Below are positions 19,042 to 28,724 of a stretch of 51,213 nucleotides of DNA, piece by piece. Each line of letters opens with the position of its first letter. Position 1 is the first letter of the stretch. Source of the stretch: Faecalibacterium sp. (GTDB taxonomy: Bacteria > Bacillota > Clostridia > Oscillospirales > Ruminococcaceae). Both the position numbers and the translations under genes were made by a program. Below the pieces are notes generated by a model. It made no database searches, had not been told where the DNA came from, and saw nothing but the letters and a program-made list of their open reading frames with translations. The stretch lies in contig JAHHRK010000001.1 in NCBI GenBank assembly GCA_020025795.1, forward strand, positions 1-51,213. The letters are read 5' to 3'.

Positions 19042-20853
19042 TTATGCTTCGGGAATGGGCGCGTCAGCAGGAATCTGGTTCCACAAACGATAGTAAATGC
19101 CCTTCTTTTCCAGCAGCTGGGCATGATTGCCTTCTTCACAGATGCCATCTGCACCCAGGACCAGAATTCGGTCGTAATCCTTGACGGTGGTCAGGCGGTG
19201 AGCGATGGTCAGTGTGGTGCGACCATGAGCCAGTGCTTCCAGACTTTGACCGACCAGGATTTCGCTTTCGTTGTCCAGCGCACTGGTGGCTTCGTCCAGA
19301 ATCAGGATGCGGGGGTCTTTCAAAAATACACGGGCAATGGCAATGCGCTGCTTTTGTCCGCCGGACAGCTTTACGCCGCGCTCGCCCACATAGGTGTTGT
19401 AGCCGTCTTTCAGCTCGCGAATGAAGCCATCTGCACCGGCCAGCACAGCGGCACGCTGAATGGCTTCGGGGGTGGCGTCAGGCTTGCCGTAGGCAATGTT
19501 CTCGGCTACGGTGCCGCTGAACATATGCACATCCTGCTGTACGATACCAATTGCACTGCGCAGGCTCTTCAAAGTTACATCCCGCACGTCTTGGCCGTCT
19601 ACCTGAATGCTGCCGCTGGTGACTTCATAAAAACGGGGAATCAGGTTGCAAAGCGTTGTCTTGCCGCCGCCGGACGGACCAACCAGCGCCACACGCTCGC
19701 CGGGGCGAATGTGCAGATTGACGTGGTGCAGCACCCGGTTGTGGTCGTCGGGATATTCAAAGCTTACGTCATTGAAATCGATGCTGCCGTCGGTTGCCTG
19801 CAAAGGCTTGGCATCTGGCTTGTCCTGAATCTCCACAGGGGTATCCATAATATCGAAGAAACGCTCGATGCCGGTCACACCCTGCTCGAAGTTTTCGGCA
19901 AACTCGACGATGCGGCGAATGGTAGCAATCAATGTGGAAACATACAACGTATAGGCCACCAGGTCGCCGGCAGTGATCCAGCCTTTGACTACAAACAGGC
20001 CGCCGCCGCAGATGACAACCAGATACATCAGACCGTCAAACAGACGGGTAGAAAACTGGAAACGGGCCATATACTTATAGGACAGCTTCTTGACCCGCAG
20101 AAACTCCATGTTGCCTTGCTCGAACTTTTCGATTTCCGTGTCCTCGGCGCAGAAAGCTTTGATAACACGTTCGCCCAGAAGGCTGTCTTCAATGCGGCTG
20201 TTCAGAGCACCAACCTGTACGCGGCGGCGGCGGAAAGCGGCGCGCTGCTGGTGATTGATCTGAATGGATACATAAATCATCGGCGGCACGCACAGGAACA
20301 GCAGAATGGTCAGCGGAACGTTGTAGGAGCACAGAATACAGAAGCTGACCAAAATTTTCAGTCCGGCGATAAAGAATTCTTCCGGGCAGTGATGAGCGAA
20401 CTCGGTTACATCAAACAGGTCACTGGTGATGCGGCCCATGATTTCGCCGATTTTGGTGTTGGAATAGTAGGTCAGACCCAGCTTTTGCAGATGGGTGAAT
20501 GCATCCCGGCGCATATCGGTTTCAATGGCAACACCCATGCAGTGGCCTACGTCAGCCATATAATACTGGGCGACCGCATCAATCAGACGCAGAACTAGAT
20601 ACAACAGCGCCATACGTAGAATCAACGAAACCGTCAGCGCAGCGGCATTGTTCATTGCCGTGTTGGTGATGGTGCGCAGAATCAGCGGCAGAACCATGTC
20701 ACACAGACAGGTCAGCGAAGCACAGAACAAATCCAGTGCAACGGTGCGGCGGTATTTGTACAAATAAGGCCAGAAGCGGCGCAGCAGCGTGCCGCTGGGC
20801 ATAGCGTGTGCGCCCGGATCATCTACCGGGGGCGTTTTTTTACTTGCAAACAT
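19042..20853 (-). CDS. ABC exporter, fused TMD-NBD (MsbA/multidrug type)
   Basis: Walker A GPSGGGKT, LSGGQKQR, ILDEATSALD, IAHRL; N-terminal TM domain. Confidence 0.93.
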   Translation of the reverse strand: MFASKKTPPVDDPGAHAMPSGTLLRRFWPYLYKYRRTVALDLFCASLTCLCDMVLPLILRTITNTAMNNAAALTVSLILRMALLYLVLRLIDAVAQYYMADVGHCMGVAIETDMRRDAFTHLQKLGLTYYSNTKIGEIMGRITSDLFDVTEFAHHCPEEFFIAGLKILVSFCILCSYNVPLTILLFLCVPPMIYVSIQINHQQRAAFRRRRVQVGALNSRIEDSLLGERVIKAFCAEDTEIEKFEQGNMEFLRVKKLSYKYMARFQFSTRLFDGLMYLVVICGGGLFVVKGWITAGDLVAYTLYVSTLIATIRRIVEFAENFEQGVTGIERFFDIMDTPVEIQDKPDAKPLQATDGSIDFNDVSFEYPDDHNRVLHHVNLHIRPGERVALVGPSGGGKTTLCNLIPRFYEVTSGSIQVDGQDVRDVTLKSLRSAIGIVQQDVHMFSGTVAENIAYGKPDATPEAIQRAAVLAGADGFIRELKDGYNTYVGERGVKLSGGQKQRIAIARVFLKDPRILILDEATSALDNESEILVGQSLEALAHGRTTLTIAHRLTTVKDYDRILVLGADGICEEGNHAQLLEKKGIYYRLWNQIPADAPIPEA

Positions 20854-20870
20854 TTCTTTTCTCCATTACT

Positions 20871-21593
20871 TCAAGCTTTGTGGCTGTAATCTCGTGCACC
20901 ATAAATGGCGGTGCCGATGCGCACGATGGTGGCACCTTCCCGCACGGCGTTTTCATAATCGCTGCTCATACCCATGGACAGCTGCTCCATCGAAACGTGT
21001 TCCAGATGGCGCTGCTGTGCGGCAAAAGCAAGCTCTCGCATCTGCGCAAAGTAGCGGCGGTTTTCGGCGTCACTTTGATCCGCAGGGGGAATGGCCATCA
21101 GACCTTTTACGCGCAGATGGTCAAACCCGGCGGCAGCCTCTAATAGTACAGGCAGTTCCGCTTCTGGTAAGCCGGTTTTGGAATCTTCTGCACCGATGTT
21201 TACTTCCAGCAGAATATCTTGTACCAAATCCAGCTTGGCGGCCTCTTTCTCAATGGCCTGCATTAAGCGCAAGCTGTCGACACTTTGAATCAGGCTGGCA
21301 CGGCCCAATACCTTTTTGATTTTGTTGGTTTGCAAATGTCCGATCAGGTGGGCAGGCTTGCCCAGATAGGCGCCGGCATCCGCATTGCGCACCAGCTCCT
21401 GTACATGGTTTTCGCCAAACAAATCAATGGGCAACTTAGCGCTTTCCATGACGGTTTCCGGGGTGCGTGTCTTGCAGGCAGCGCACAGCAGCACTTCGGC
21501 CGGGTTTCGTCCGGCTTCTTTGGCGGCTGTGGCGATTTTATCGCGGATGGATGCAACGACCTGCTCCATCTGCTGGGGAGAAATTTCCGGCAT
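20871..21593 (-). CDS. yggS: YggS/PipY-family PLP homeostasis protein
   Basis: AACKT (PLP lysine), FGENHVQE, HLIGHLQTNK, LSMGMSSD, VRIGTAIYG; start MPEISP. Confidence 0.93.
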   Translation of the reverse strand: MPEISPQQMEQVVASIRDKIATAAKEAGRNPAEVLLCAACKTRTPETVMESAKLPIDLFGENHVQELVRNADAGAYLGKPAHLIGHLQTNKIKKVLGRASLIQSVDSLRLMQAIEKEAAKLDLVQDILLEVNIGAEDSKTGLPEAELPVLLEAAAGFDHLRVKGLMAIPPADQSDAENRRYFAQMRELAFAAQQRHLEHVSMEQLSMGMSSDYENAVREGATIVRIGTAIYGARDYSHKA

Positions 21594-21595
21594 CG

Positions 21596-22156
21596 TTACA
21601 CCTCCTCCGGGTAGTGGGCACGGATGCCGCCAATCAGCTTGGGGCGGGTGCGAGCACACAGCAAAATAGCGCTGCCGATGTGGTCCAGGCTGAGCCGCAC
21701 CGGTACGGCTACACGCTTCAGATGCATACCAATCAGCGTGCCGCCAATGTCCAAACCGGCATTGGCACGAACCTCCTCTACCGCCACCGGCGCAGTAAAG
21801 TTCTGCCAGCAGGTGGTGGCCCAGCTGCCGCCTGCATGGGGCTGGGGCAGGACACACACCGGCTCATAGCCAAAGCGTTCGGCAGCTTCTTGTTCCAGCA
21901 CGATAGCACGGTTCAAATGCTCACAGCACTGGGCAGCCAGATAAATGCCATGTTCGGCCAGCAAGGGTGCAATGCCCTGATACACAGCGGCGGCAGCCTC
22001 CATGCTGGAATCCTTGCCGATGTGTCCGCCTACGATTTCGCTGGACGAACAGCCTACCACGAACAAATCGCCGGCTTTCAGGTGTGCGGTCTCAATCAGT
22101 TCGGCAGCAGCCTGGTGTGCCTGTTCTTCAATCTGTTTTCGTTCCATTGCTTCCAT
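21596..22156 (-). CDS. UPF0340/TIGR01440 (YwlG-like) protein
   Basis: VVGCSSSEI.GG.IGK, AAQCCEHLNRAIV, PHAGGS, GLDIGGTLIGMHL. Confidence 0.88.
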   Translation of the reverse strand: MEAMERKQIEEQAHQAAAELIETAHLKAGDLFVVGCSSSEIVGGHIGKDSSMEAAAAVYQGIAPLLAEHGIYLAAQCCEHLNRAIVLEQEAAERFGYEPVCVLPQPHAGGSWATTCWQNFTAPVAVEEVRANAGLDIGGTLIGMHLKRVAVPVRLSLDHIGSAILLCARTRPKLIGGIRAHYPEEV

Positions 22157-22169
22157 AGCGAAGCCTCCT

Positions 22170-23447
22170 TTATCGTGTAATGCCATACAGGCGGCCTGCG
22201 TCAGCGTTGGCCAGCCAGATGGTGGTTTCCGTTTCACAAATGCCAGTAATGCGTCCGTCCATGTTGGGCAGCTGTGCCGCCACAGCGCGGCTCAAGGTGC
22301 CGTCATCGGATATAGAAAATGCCCAGCCCGTGTCCGCTTGGGGGGTCAGCAGCCAGTGCTGTGTCAGATCAGGCAGATTGAGGACTACTTTGCGCAGCAA
22401 CGGTGCTCCGGCAGTTTTATCTACCCAGGAAATCGGCTTGCCGCATACAGCCGCCCAGACATCTCCATTTTGTGCAAGGGACAATCCAGCAGCATAGCCG
22501 TCCAGACCGTCTAAAAGGATTTTTCCGGCCTCTTGCACCGTTTCGGTGCGTGCGTCGGCAGGATAAGCCCAGACCCGGCGGGCGTTGGTTTCGCTCAGGT
22601 AGATGGTTTTGCCGTCTGGAGAAACCGCAATACCGCCTGCACCGGATAAACCGCCGGTCAGACGCTCTGCCTCGCCGGTGTGTGGGTCGAGCACATAAGC
22701 GGTACCACTATCGGTGTGGGCCAGCAGCTCGTTGAAAAAGCGCTGTTCCAGTCCGTCCTGTTCGATGGGCTGTTGTGCATACTGCGTGAAATATACAGTG
22801 CCGTCTGCGGCCACAGCGATAGCAGAAGGCGAGACCAGCGGCGCACCGTCTATGTCGGTTAAAATCGGTTTTACATCCACAGCCCAGCCGTCAAAGCTGG
22901 CACGGTAGATGGCATTGCCTCCTGCCAGATACAGGCTGCCGTCCGGCCCAAAAGCCATGCCGGAAATCTCGCTGTCGGTAGTGAATACTTCCGTCAGGCC
23001 GGTGCCGTCTTCACGAATACGAATGACCTTGTTGCCTTTGACAGCGGCATACAGCCAGCCGTCCTGCCAGGCGACGCACAGCGGTTTTTCATAGGGCGCA
23101 AGATCCAGTGCAGTAGTTTGTGTGTTACCCGCAGTGGTTAGGGACATCGCGGCCGTGGAAGGTTCATACGCCTGCGGCACAGCGGCAGGCGTGTGCAGCA
23201 CAAGAAAAGCAGCGTAGCCCACAAAACCAACAATCAGCAAAAAGCTGGTGACTACCTGGAAGCGGTGAAGCAAGGCGTCGCGTTCTGCCGCCGCTTGCCG
23301 CCGGACCTGCTCCTGCTGGCGCTGAATTTGTTTCTTTGTGTGCTCTGCGCGGCGCAGCCAGCCATGTACCCAGGGGATAACGGTGGGACCAAACAATATC
23401 AGGATAATGCAAAAAAGCAGAATCAATTCCCAAAAGCCGAACTTCAT
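22170..23447 (-). CDS. Membrane protein: TatA-like N-terminus + second TM + SMP-30/strictosidine-synthase-like beta-propeller
   Basis: MKFGFWELILLFCIILILFGP; propeller repeats GMAFGPDGSLYLA, AIAVAADGTVYFT, GIAVSPDGKTIYLSET. Confidence 0.75.
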   Translation of the reverse strand: MKFGFWELILLFCIILILFGPTVIPWVHGWLRRAEHTKKQIQRQQEQVRRQAAAERDALLHRFQVVTSFLLIVGFVGYAAFLVLHTPAAVPQAYEPSTAAMSLTTAGNTQTTALDLAPYEKPLCVAWQDGWLYAAVKGNKVIRIREDGTGLTEVFTTDSEISGMAFGPDGSLYLAGGNAIYRASFDGWAVDVKPILTDIDGAPLVSPSAIAVAADGTVYFTQYAQQPIEQDGLEQRFFNELLAHTDSGTAYVLDPHTGEAERLTGGLSGAGGIAVSPDGKTIYLSETNARRVWAYPADARTETVQEAGKILLDGLDGYAAGLSLAQNGDVWAAVCGKPISWVDKTAGAPLLRKVVLNLPDLTQHWLLTPQADTGWAFSISDDGTLSRAVAAQLPNMDGRITGICETETTIWLANADAGRLYGITR

Positions 23448-23642
23448 ATCAGGTTTCCTTCTCCGGCAGGAAGCCGGTAATATTTTATGAGAAAAAGTGC
23501 ATAATATCCACACTTGCAATATTACTACTATACCGCAAATTCCGGTAAAAATCGAGAGCCGCACAGTTAAAAATCTCCGGCGGGATTCTGTATCCGTGCA
23601 GGATATGCATGGTCGGGCCGAGGTGCAGGACAGGATGGGTGC

Positions 23643-23682
23643 AAAAAGAACCGATACAGGGGTTTCTGCATCGGTTCTTTTT
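23643..23682 (-). terminator. Terminator after the DJ-1 gene
   Basis: AAAAAGAACCGATACAG...CTGCATCGGTTCTTTTT. Confidence 0.8.
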
Positions 23683-23698
23683 ATGCAACGAATGAAAA

Positions 23699-24250
23699 TC
23701 AGTGGCGATACTGTACCGCTTCGCGCACCTTGTCGGCAGTCTCCTGGCCTTTCAGGATGCGAACCAGTTCCAGACCAAAGGGGATTGCGCCGCCCAGGCC
23801 AAAGCTGGTGGTAATATTGCCGTCGGTGACCACCTCAGTGTCCAGCACTTCGGCACCGGTCAATTCCTGACGGAAAGAAACAAAGCTGGTTGCACGCTTG
23901 CCTGCCAGCAAGCCCATGTGGCCCAGAATACTGGGTGCGGCACAGATGGCGGCAATGGGTTTGCCAGCCTGGGCAAAATAGGTTACTGCGCCGATCACAG
24001 CAGGGCACTGCTCCAGATTCTGGGTGCCGGGCCAGCCGCCGGGCAAAACCAGCATATCATAATCGGCAGGATTCACATCCTCTGCCAGCACGTCGGCGGT
24101 GATTTTTACCTTGTGGCTGCTGACCAGTTGCAGGCTGCCGCCCACAGCGGCAATCGTTACATCAATATTGGCACGGTACAGCAGGTCGGCCGTGATAAGT
24201 GCTTCACATTCTTCGGTATCGTTTGCAAAAAACAACAGAACTTTAGCCAT
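23699..24250 (-). CDS. DJ-1/PfpI (YajL/ThiJ-like) protein
   Basis: EECEA, LVLPGG.PG, AAICAAP nucleophile elbow. Confidence 0.9.
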   Translation of the reverse strand: MAKVLLFFANDTEECEALITADLLYRANIDVTIAAVGGSLQLVSSHKVKITADVLAEDVNPADYDMLVLPGGWPGTQNLEQCPAVIGAVTYFAQAGKPIAAICAAPSILGHMGLLAGKRATSFVSFRQELTGAEVLDTEVVTDGNITTSFGLGGAIPFGLELVRILKGQETADKVREAVQYRH

Positions 24251-24305
24251 AAAAAGGACTCCTTTCTTTGATAAAAAAAGCCGACGCAATGCGTCGGCAG
24301 AAGTT

Positions 24306-24590
24306 TTATTTTGCGGTTTCCGCCAGAACGCGCCGCAGCGAGCTGTCCTCGTTTGCCAGCACACGGTTCACACGGCTGATGATAGCGCTGGAAGCGCCGG
24401 TTTTTTCCATGATGTTCACATAAATCTGCTTGTCCAGCAGCATTTCTGCGATGTCAAAACGCTGTTCCATGGCACTCAGCTCGGAATAGCTGCATACGTC
24501 CTGCAAAAAGCGGTATACTTCTTCGGGCGTTTTTAAGGTCAGTAGTGCCTGATACAGTCCCGATTCTCCGGTGGGATGGTCTTTGGTCAT
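24306..24590 (-). CDS. YerC/YecD (TrpR-related) regulator
   Basis: FLQDVCSYSEL..MEQR...TGASSAIISRVNRVL. Confidence 0.88.
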   Translation of the reverse strand: MTKDHPTGESGLYQALLTLKTPEEVYRFLQDVCSYSELSAMEQRFDIAEMLLDKQIYVNIMEKTGASSAIISRVNRVLANEDSSLRRVLAETAK

Positions 24591-24707
24591 TGAGATGCTC
24601 CTCCTGCATGAATTATAGATAAGTCCGCCAGCCCGGCGGACCGGTTCGTCAGCTTGCCTATTTTATTACATTACTGTACGAAATTCAAGGGGCAAAAGTA
24701 CCGAATT

Positions 24708-25202
24708 TTACAGTCGCTTTTCCATCCAGTATTCCGGCCACAGGATACCGGGGGCAAGCTCGGTATCCATAGGACGCAGAACACGGAAGCCTGCACCCTT
24801 GAAAAATCCCTGTGTATCCAGCTGTTTCTGGCCTACGCGCACGCCAATGGCGGTTTTGCCTTCTGCACGGGCCAGGCGCTCGATGCTCTGCAGCACCGTG
24901 CGGCCGATACCCTTGCCACGCCAAGGACTTTCCAGATAAAAGTGCTTAATCAGCATCATACCGCCGGACGTCTGCCAGGCCACATAGCCAGCAACCTTGC
25001 TGCCCTGCATAATCAGCTGGTAGTTCACATCCTCATCCATATCGGATTCAATGGCTTCTACGCTCTGCAGGTTGTCCAGAATGGCATCCAGCTGCTTTTT
25101 GTTAAAGCGGCGTGCGTAGTACTCGCGCCAGATGCGGTCGGCCATATCGGCAGTCATCTGAATATAACGTGCTTTTGCTACAAGTTTCAGTTCTGGTTTC
25201 AT
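24708..25202 (-). CDS. GNAT-family N-acetyltransferase
   Basis: Acetyl-CoA motif YLESPWRGKGIG, FFKGAGF. Confidence 0.8.
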   Translation of the reverse strand: MKPELKLVAKARYIQMTADMADRIWREYYARRFNKKQLDAILDNLQSVEAIESDMDEDVNYQLIMQGSKVAGYVAWQTSGGMMLIKHFYLESPWRGKGIGRTVLQSIERLARAEGKTAIGVRVGQKQLDTQGFFKGAGFRVLRPMDTELAPGILWPEYWMEKRL

Positions 25203-25219
25203 AGTGTCTCCTTATTGCT

Positions 25220-25882
25220 TTACTCTATGGTTACGCCCAGCAGCTCCGCCAGGGCGACGGCACCCATCTCGTCTACGATGGCACCGCGCAGTTCTTTCAT
25301 ATGTTCACTTACCGAGAGCTGCTCCAGCGCGCAGCCTCGCAAATCGACCCCTTTCAGTGGAGTGCCTGTCAGACAGGCACCACGCAGGTCACACTCTTTG
25401 AAGATAGGCTGTTTCCATTTCATTTCGGTCAGCATCGCACCGCCCAGGTTGCACCCGGCCAGAGAAACACTGGTCCATTTGCTCTGTTCAAAGGCGCACA
25501 GACGCAGCATACAGCTTTGCAGGCTTACGTCCCGCCAGCTGCTTTCAGAAAAATTTGTACCCATCAGTTTGCAGCCAATCAGGCGGCAGCGGGAAAAATA
25601 GCTGTCCAGCAGTTCCGCACCGGAAAAATCGCAGGAGCGAAATTCACAGTCTACAAAGCTGGCTTTTTCCAAGATTGCCCGGGAAAAGCGGCACCCGTCA
25701 AAGATACAGCGCGCAGCGGACAGCCGTTCCAGCGTTTCCTCAGACAGATCAGCATTTTTCAGGGAGAGGTCAGTGAGTTCCTCTTCTTCCGATACGGTGC
25801 TGTATACCAGCATTGCAGCCTCTGCACCTTGCACGAGAGGAAGGTCCTTCGGCAGATAGGGGGCAGTAATAGTATGTTTCAC
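25220..25882 (-). CDS. Pentapeptide-repeat protein
   Basis: Repeats CIFDG CRFSR ASFVD CEFRS CDFSG...CDLRG ACLTG; GTG start. Confidence 0.88.
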   Translation of the reverse strand: MKHTITAPYLPKDLPLVQGAEAAMLVYSTVSEEEELTDLSLKNADLSEETLERLSAARCIFDGCRFSRAILEKASFVDCEFRSCDFSGAELLDSYFSRCRLIGCKLMGTNFSESSWRDVSLQSCMLRLCAFEQSKWTSVSLAGCNLGGAMLTEMKWKQPIFKECDLRGACLTGTPLKGVDLRGCALEQLSVSEHMKELRGAIVDEMGAVALAELLGVTIE

Positions 25883-25919
25883 GGATTGGGCACCTCCTAT
25901 ACGGATGGGACTTTTTTGA

Positions 25920-26918
25920 TTACTTCAAATCAAAACGGACAACCACCAGTCGATACCACAGATAGGGGAACATATTCCAAATCAGCCACAGCTCCATTAG
26001 GATATAGTTGGGCAGATCTTTCCAACGGAAGGGACGCTTTTCAATTTTGCCGGCTTTCAAAAGGGCAAAGGCTTCGTGCATACCTTGATCCCATTCTTTG
26101 GCATAGCCTTTTTTGTGGAACGCATAGCGCTTCAGCCCATACCCGATTGCCTGGGGAATAAAGTTCAAAATCAGCATGAGCAAAGGCTGATTTTTCCAGG
26201 GCAGCAGAATGCTGTTGCGTCCGCTCTGGATGCTCTTGAAGCCGTTATAGCGCACCGCACCGGTGGTAGCACCACAGATGTGGTAGCACTTGGCAGCCGG
26301 GCAAATGATGTTTTTATAGCCTGCATTGTTGGCACGCCAGGACAGATCCACGTCCTCGAAATAGGCAAAAAAGTTTTCGTCGAACAGGCCGATTTCCTCC
26401 AGAATAGAACGGCGGTACAGCACAGCGCCGCCGCAGGCGGAAAAAATGCGCTTCTGCTTGGTGTAGCGGGTTACCTTGCGGCCGTCGCCTTCTTTTGCGG
26501 CGAAGGCAAGCAGGTTCACATAGTCACCGGCATCATCTGCCAAATCTCGCTCAAAGTGGCGGATCATCAGGCTCTGTACGGCAAAAATCTTGGGGTCCTG
26601 GTCAGCAGCAGCCAGCAGCTTTTCCAGCCAGTCCGGCTCGGCAAAGGCGTCGTTGTTGAACAGTGCCACATAAGGTGCCTTGCTGATGCGGATACCCTGA
26701 TTCACTGCATGGGAAAAGCCAGTGTTTTCGCTGTTTTCAATCAGGGTATAGTTGGGCAGATCCCGATAGCGGCGGGCAATGTCCAGGCTTTCATCCGTGG
26801 AACCGTTATCAATAACGATCAGTTCAAAATCCTGCTCGGTCTGGTTCAGGATCGACTGAATTGAATCTTCCAGCCAGCCTTTTCCGTTTAGATTGGGAAT
26901 AACGACGCTTGCTTTCAT
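25920..26918 (-). CDS. Glycosyltransferase family 2
   Basis: SVVIPNLNG, VIDNGSTD, ENTGF, FNND, FFAYFEDVDLSWR. Confidence 0.92.
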   Translation of the reverse strand: MKASVVIPNLNGKGWLEDSIQSILNQTEQDFELIVIDNGSTDESLDIARRYRDLPNYTLIENSENTGFSHAVNQGIRISKAPYVALFNNDAFAEPDWLEKLLAAADQDPKIFAVQSLMIRHFERDLADDAGDYVNLLAFAAKEGDGRKVTRYTKQKRIFSACGGAVLYRRSILEEIGLFDENFFAYFEDVDLSWRANNAGYKNIICPAAKCYHICGATTGAVRYNGFKSIQSGRNSILLPWKNQPLLMLILNFIPQAIGYGLKRYAFHKKGYAKEWDQGMHEAFALLKAGKIEKRPFRWKDLPNYILMELWLIWNMFPYLWYRLVVVRFDLK

Positions 26919-26962
26919 GGAGTATGCCCTCACTTTTTCTGTATTACCTTAAAGTATAACAT

Positions 26963-26993
26963 AAAAAAGCACTGCGGCACAGGGCCGCAGTGC
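26963..26993 (-). terminator. Terminator after lipoprotein gene
   Basis: A6-GCACTGCGGC-acagg-GCCGCAGTGC (U-tract on minus strand). Confidence 0.75.
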
Positions 26994-27021
26994 AGAAACA
27001 CATAGAATTTTTACAATGCGC

Positions 27022-27960
27022 TTACATTGCGTCAGGGTTCTCGGCAGTAGCAGTGATGGTCCAGCCTTCTGCTTCCAGAGCGGGAACCAGCTCAGCCTGA
27101 ATGTCAGACAGAGTCATGACAAACAGAACGTTGTTGCCCTTAGCAGCAGTCAGTGCCACGTCGGGAGCAACGCAGACCCACTTGCGCCAGTCAGCATTTT
27201 CCATCAGGGTATTCTGCAGAGCGTCTGCATCCGCACCGTCATTCAGCTGGAACAGGACCATAGAGTGGGCAAGGGTACCCATCATGTTCTGCACAACGGT
27301 GGTGGAAGCAATGTCGGCATTGGCCTCGATGCCGGTGCTGTAAGCGTAGTTCTCGTCATCGGAAGGCAGGTTCGCAGCAGCATTGTTTTCCAGTGCCAGA
27401 TTGCTCAGGTGAGCAAAGATGCTTTCCAGCTCAGCCTTTGCGTCAGCGTTTACATCATCACTAAAGGGAACTTCAGCACGGTAAGGCTCCATGGTTTCCA
27501 TAGCGGACTTAACGGCCTCGTCCATTGCCTTGAAGTTGGTAACGAACAGCTCCGGGATTTCGCCGCCGAAAGCGCAGGAGAACATGGAACCGTCTGCAAA
27601 TTCCAAGGACATGGAAGCGGAAGCTTCGCCGTCGCCGTATTCGTTCTTTTCGTTCAGGGTGGCCAGCTCGGACTTTTCGTACAGAGCGGTCAGGTTGTTC
27701 AGCAGAGCTTCGTCCACAGTGCCCTTGGACATTTCCGCTGCGGAGTTGTAGTCCAGCATGAACTTGCCTTCGGTTTCAGCAGGGAAGATGTTGATAAAAA
27801 TCGTATCGTCCATGGTTTCGCCGTAAGAAGCAGAGAAAGCGGTGATGGGGTTCTTCGAGGGTTCAGCGTTGTTGGAATTGGATGCACTGCTGCCGCAGGC
27901 AACCAGAGACAGGGCCATAACGCCTGCCACCAGAGCGGCCAGAACACGTTTCATTTTCAT
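27022..27960 (-). CDS. Acidic lipoprotein, function unknown
   Basis: Signal peptide II with lipobox LVAC; C-terminal NADWRKWVCV motif. Confidence 0.8.
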   Translation of the reverse strand: MKMKRVLAALVAGVMALSLVACGSSASNSNNAEPSKNPITAFSASYGETMDDTIFINIFPAETEGKFMLDYNSAAEMSKGTVDEALLNNLTALYEKSELATLNEKNEYGDGEASASMSLEFADGSMFSCAFGGEIPELFVTNFKAMDEAVKSAMETMEPYRAEVPFSDDVNADAKAELESIFAHLSNLALENNAAANLPSDDENYAYSTGIEANADIASTTVVQNMMGTLAHSMVLFQLNDGADADALQNTLMENADWRKWVCVAPDVALTAAKGNNVLFVMTLSDIQAELVPALEAEGWTITATAENPDAM

Positions 27961-28075
27961 GAATGAATCTCCTTTAATATAAAATTACTTGCTTCACTAA
28001 GGAAAATGCGCTGTTTTATCCAGCGTCATTCACCATACGTTTCAAAGGATCAAAAAATTGCAGAAAAAATAAATT

Positions 28076-28723
28076 TTATTGGTGGCAGCGTCCTGCACGG
28101 AAAGTAGGAGCCTGGTTATCGCAGAATCCGCGGCAGGAAGGCTGCATGGCGGCATGATGGTGGTGGGAGGGCATTTCCGGGTTGAAATTGGGGTCCTCGT
28201 AGAAATAGTTATCGTCCGGATCGTAATAAGGCATACCAAAAGGATCGTCGTAATATTCACTGAACGGACCGGAGTGCGGTCCACCGTAACCATACCAGGC
28301 GTCAGTAATATCATCTAAGAATGAAAAGAAGCCAACCACCAGGGCCACGAGGGCCACAGCACCAACGACCAGCCAGACACAGGTTTTGATCAGGACGGCG
28401 CGTGCCAGGCGCTGGCGCGGCGTTTCCACATGAGAGCCAAAAGCCCAGTAGAACAGGAAAAACCAGCCAATAATGGGCACAGCAAACAGAATCAGAGACC
28501 AGAAATACTGGGCAGTGGTCAGGCCGCCGTCCGGGCAGACAGAGCGCTCCCGTGCATAGTGCGGCGTATAGGTACGAGTGTTCGTTTCCGGTGCAGCAGA
28601 AGCGTTTTCTTGTGCGCCGGCAGGGGAAGGGGGCGCTGCGTGGCAGGCGCAGGGCGCGCCACAGTACGGGCAGTTGGAAACATCGGGCGGCAGTGCGCTG
28701 CCGCAGTTCGGACAATGACGCAT
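28076..28723 (-). CDS. Zinc-ribbon domain membrane protein
   Basis: CPNCG...CPYCG, hydrophobic segments, Tyr/Asp/His-rich tail; SD GGAGG. Confidence 0.75.
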   Translation of the reverse strand: MRHCPNCGSALPPDVSNCPYCGAPCACHAAPPSPAGAQENASAAPETNTRTYTPHYARERSVCPDGGLTTAQYFWSLILFAVPIIGWFFLFYWAFGSHVETPRQRLARAVLIKTCVWLVVGAVALVALVVGFFSFLDDITDAWYGYGGPHSGPFSEYYDDPFGMPYYDPDDNYFYEDPNFNPEMPSHHHHAAMQPSCRGFCDNQAPTFRAGRCHQ

Positions 28724-28724
28724 T

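Noticed and set aside
19024..20598. 524-aa + strand ORF
   Set aside because: Antisense shadow of the ABC exporter
23570..23642. GC-rich stretch with GTGCAGGA twice
   Set aside because: No convincing structure, promoter or ORF
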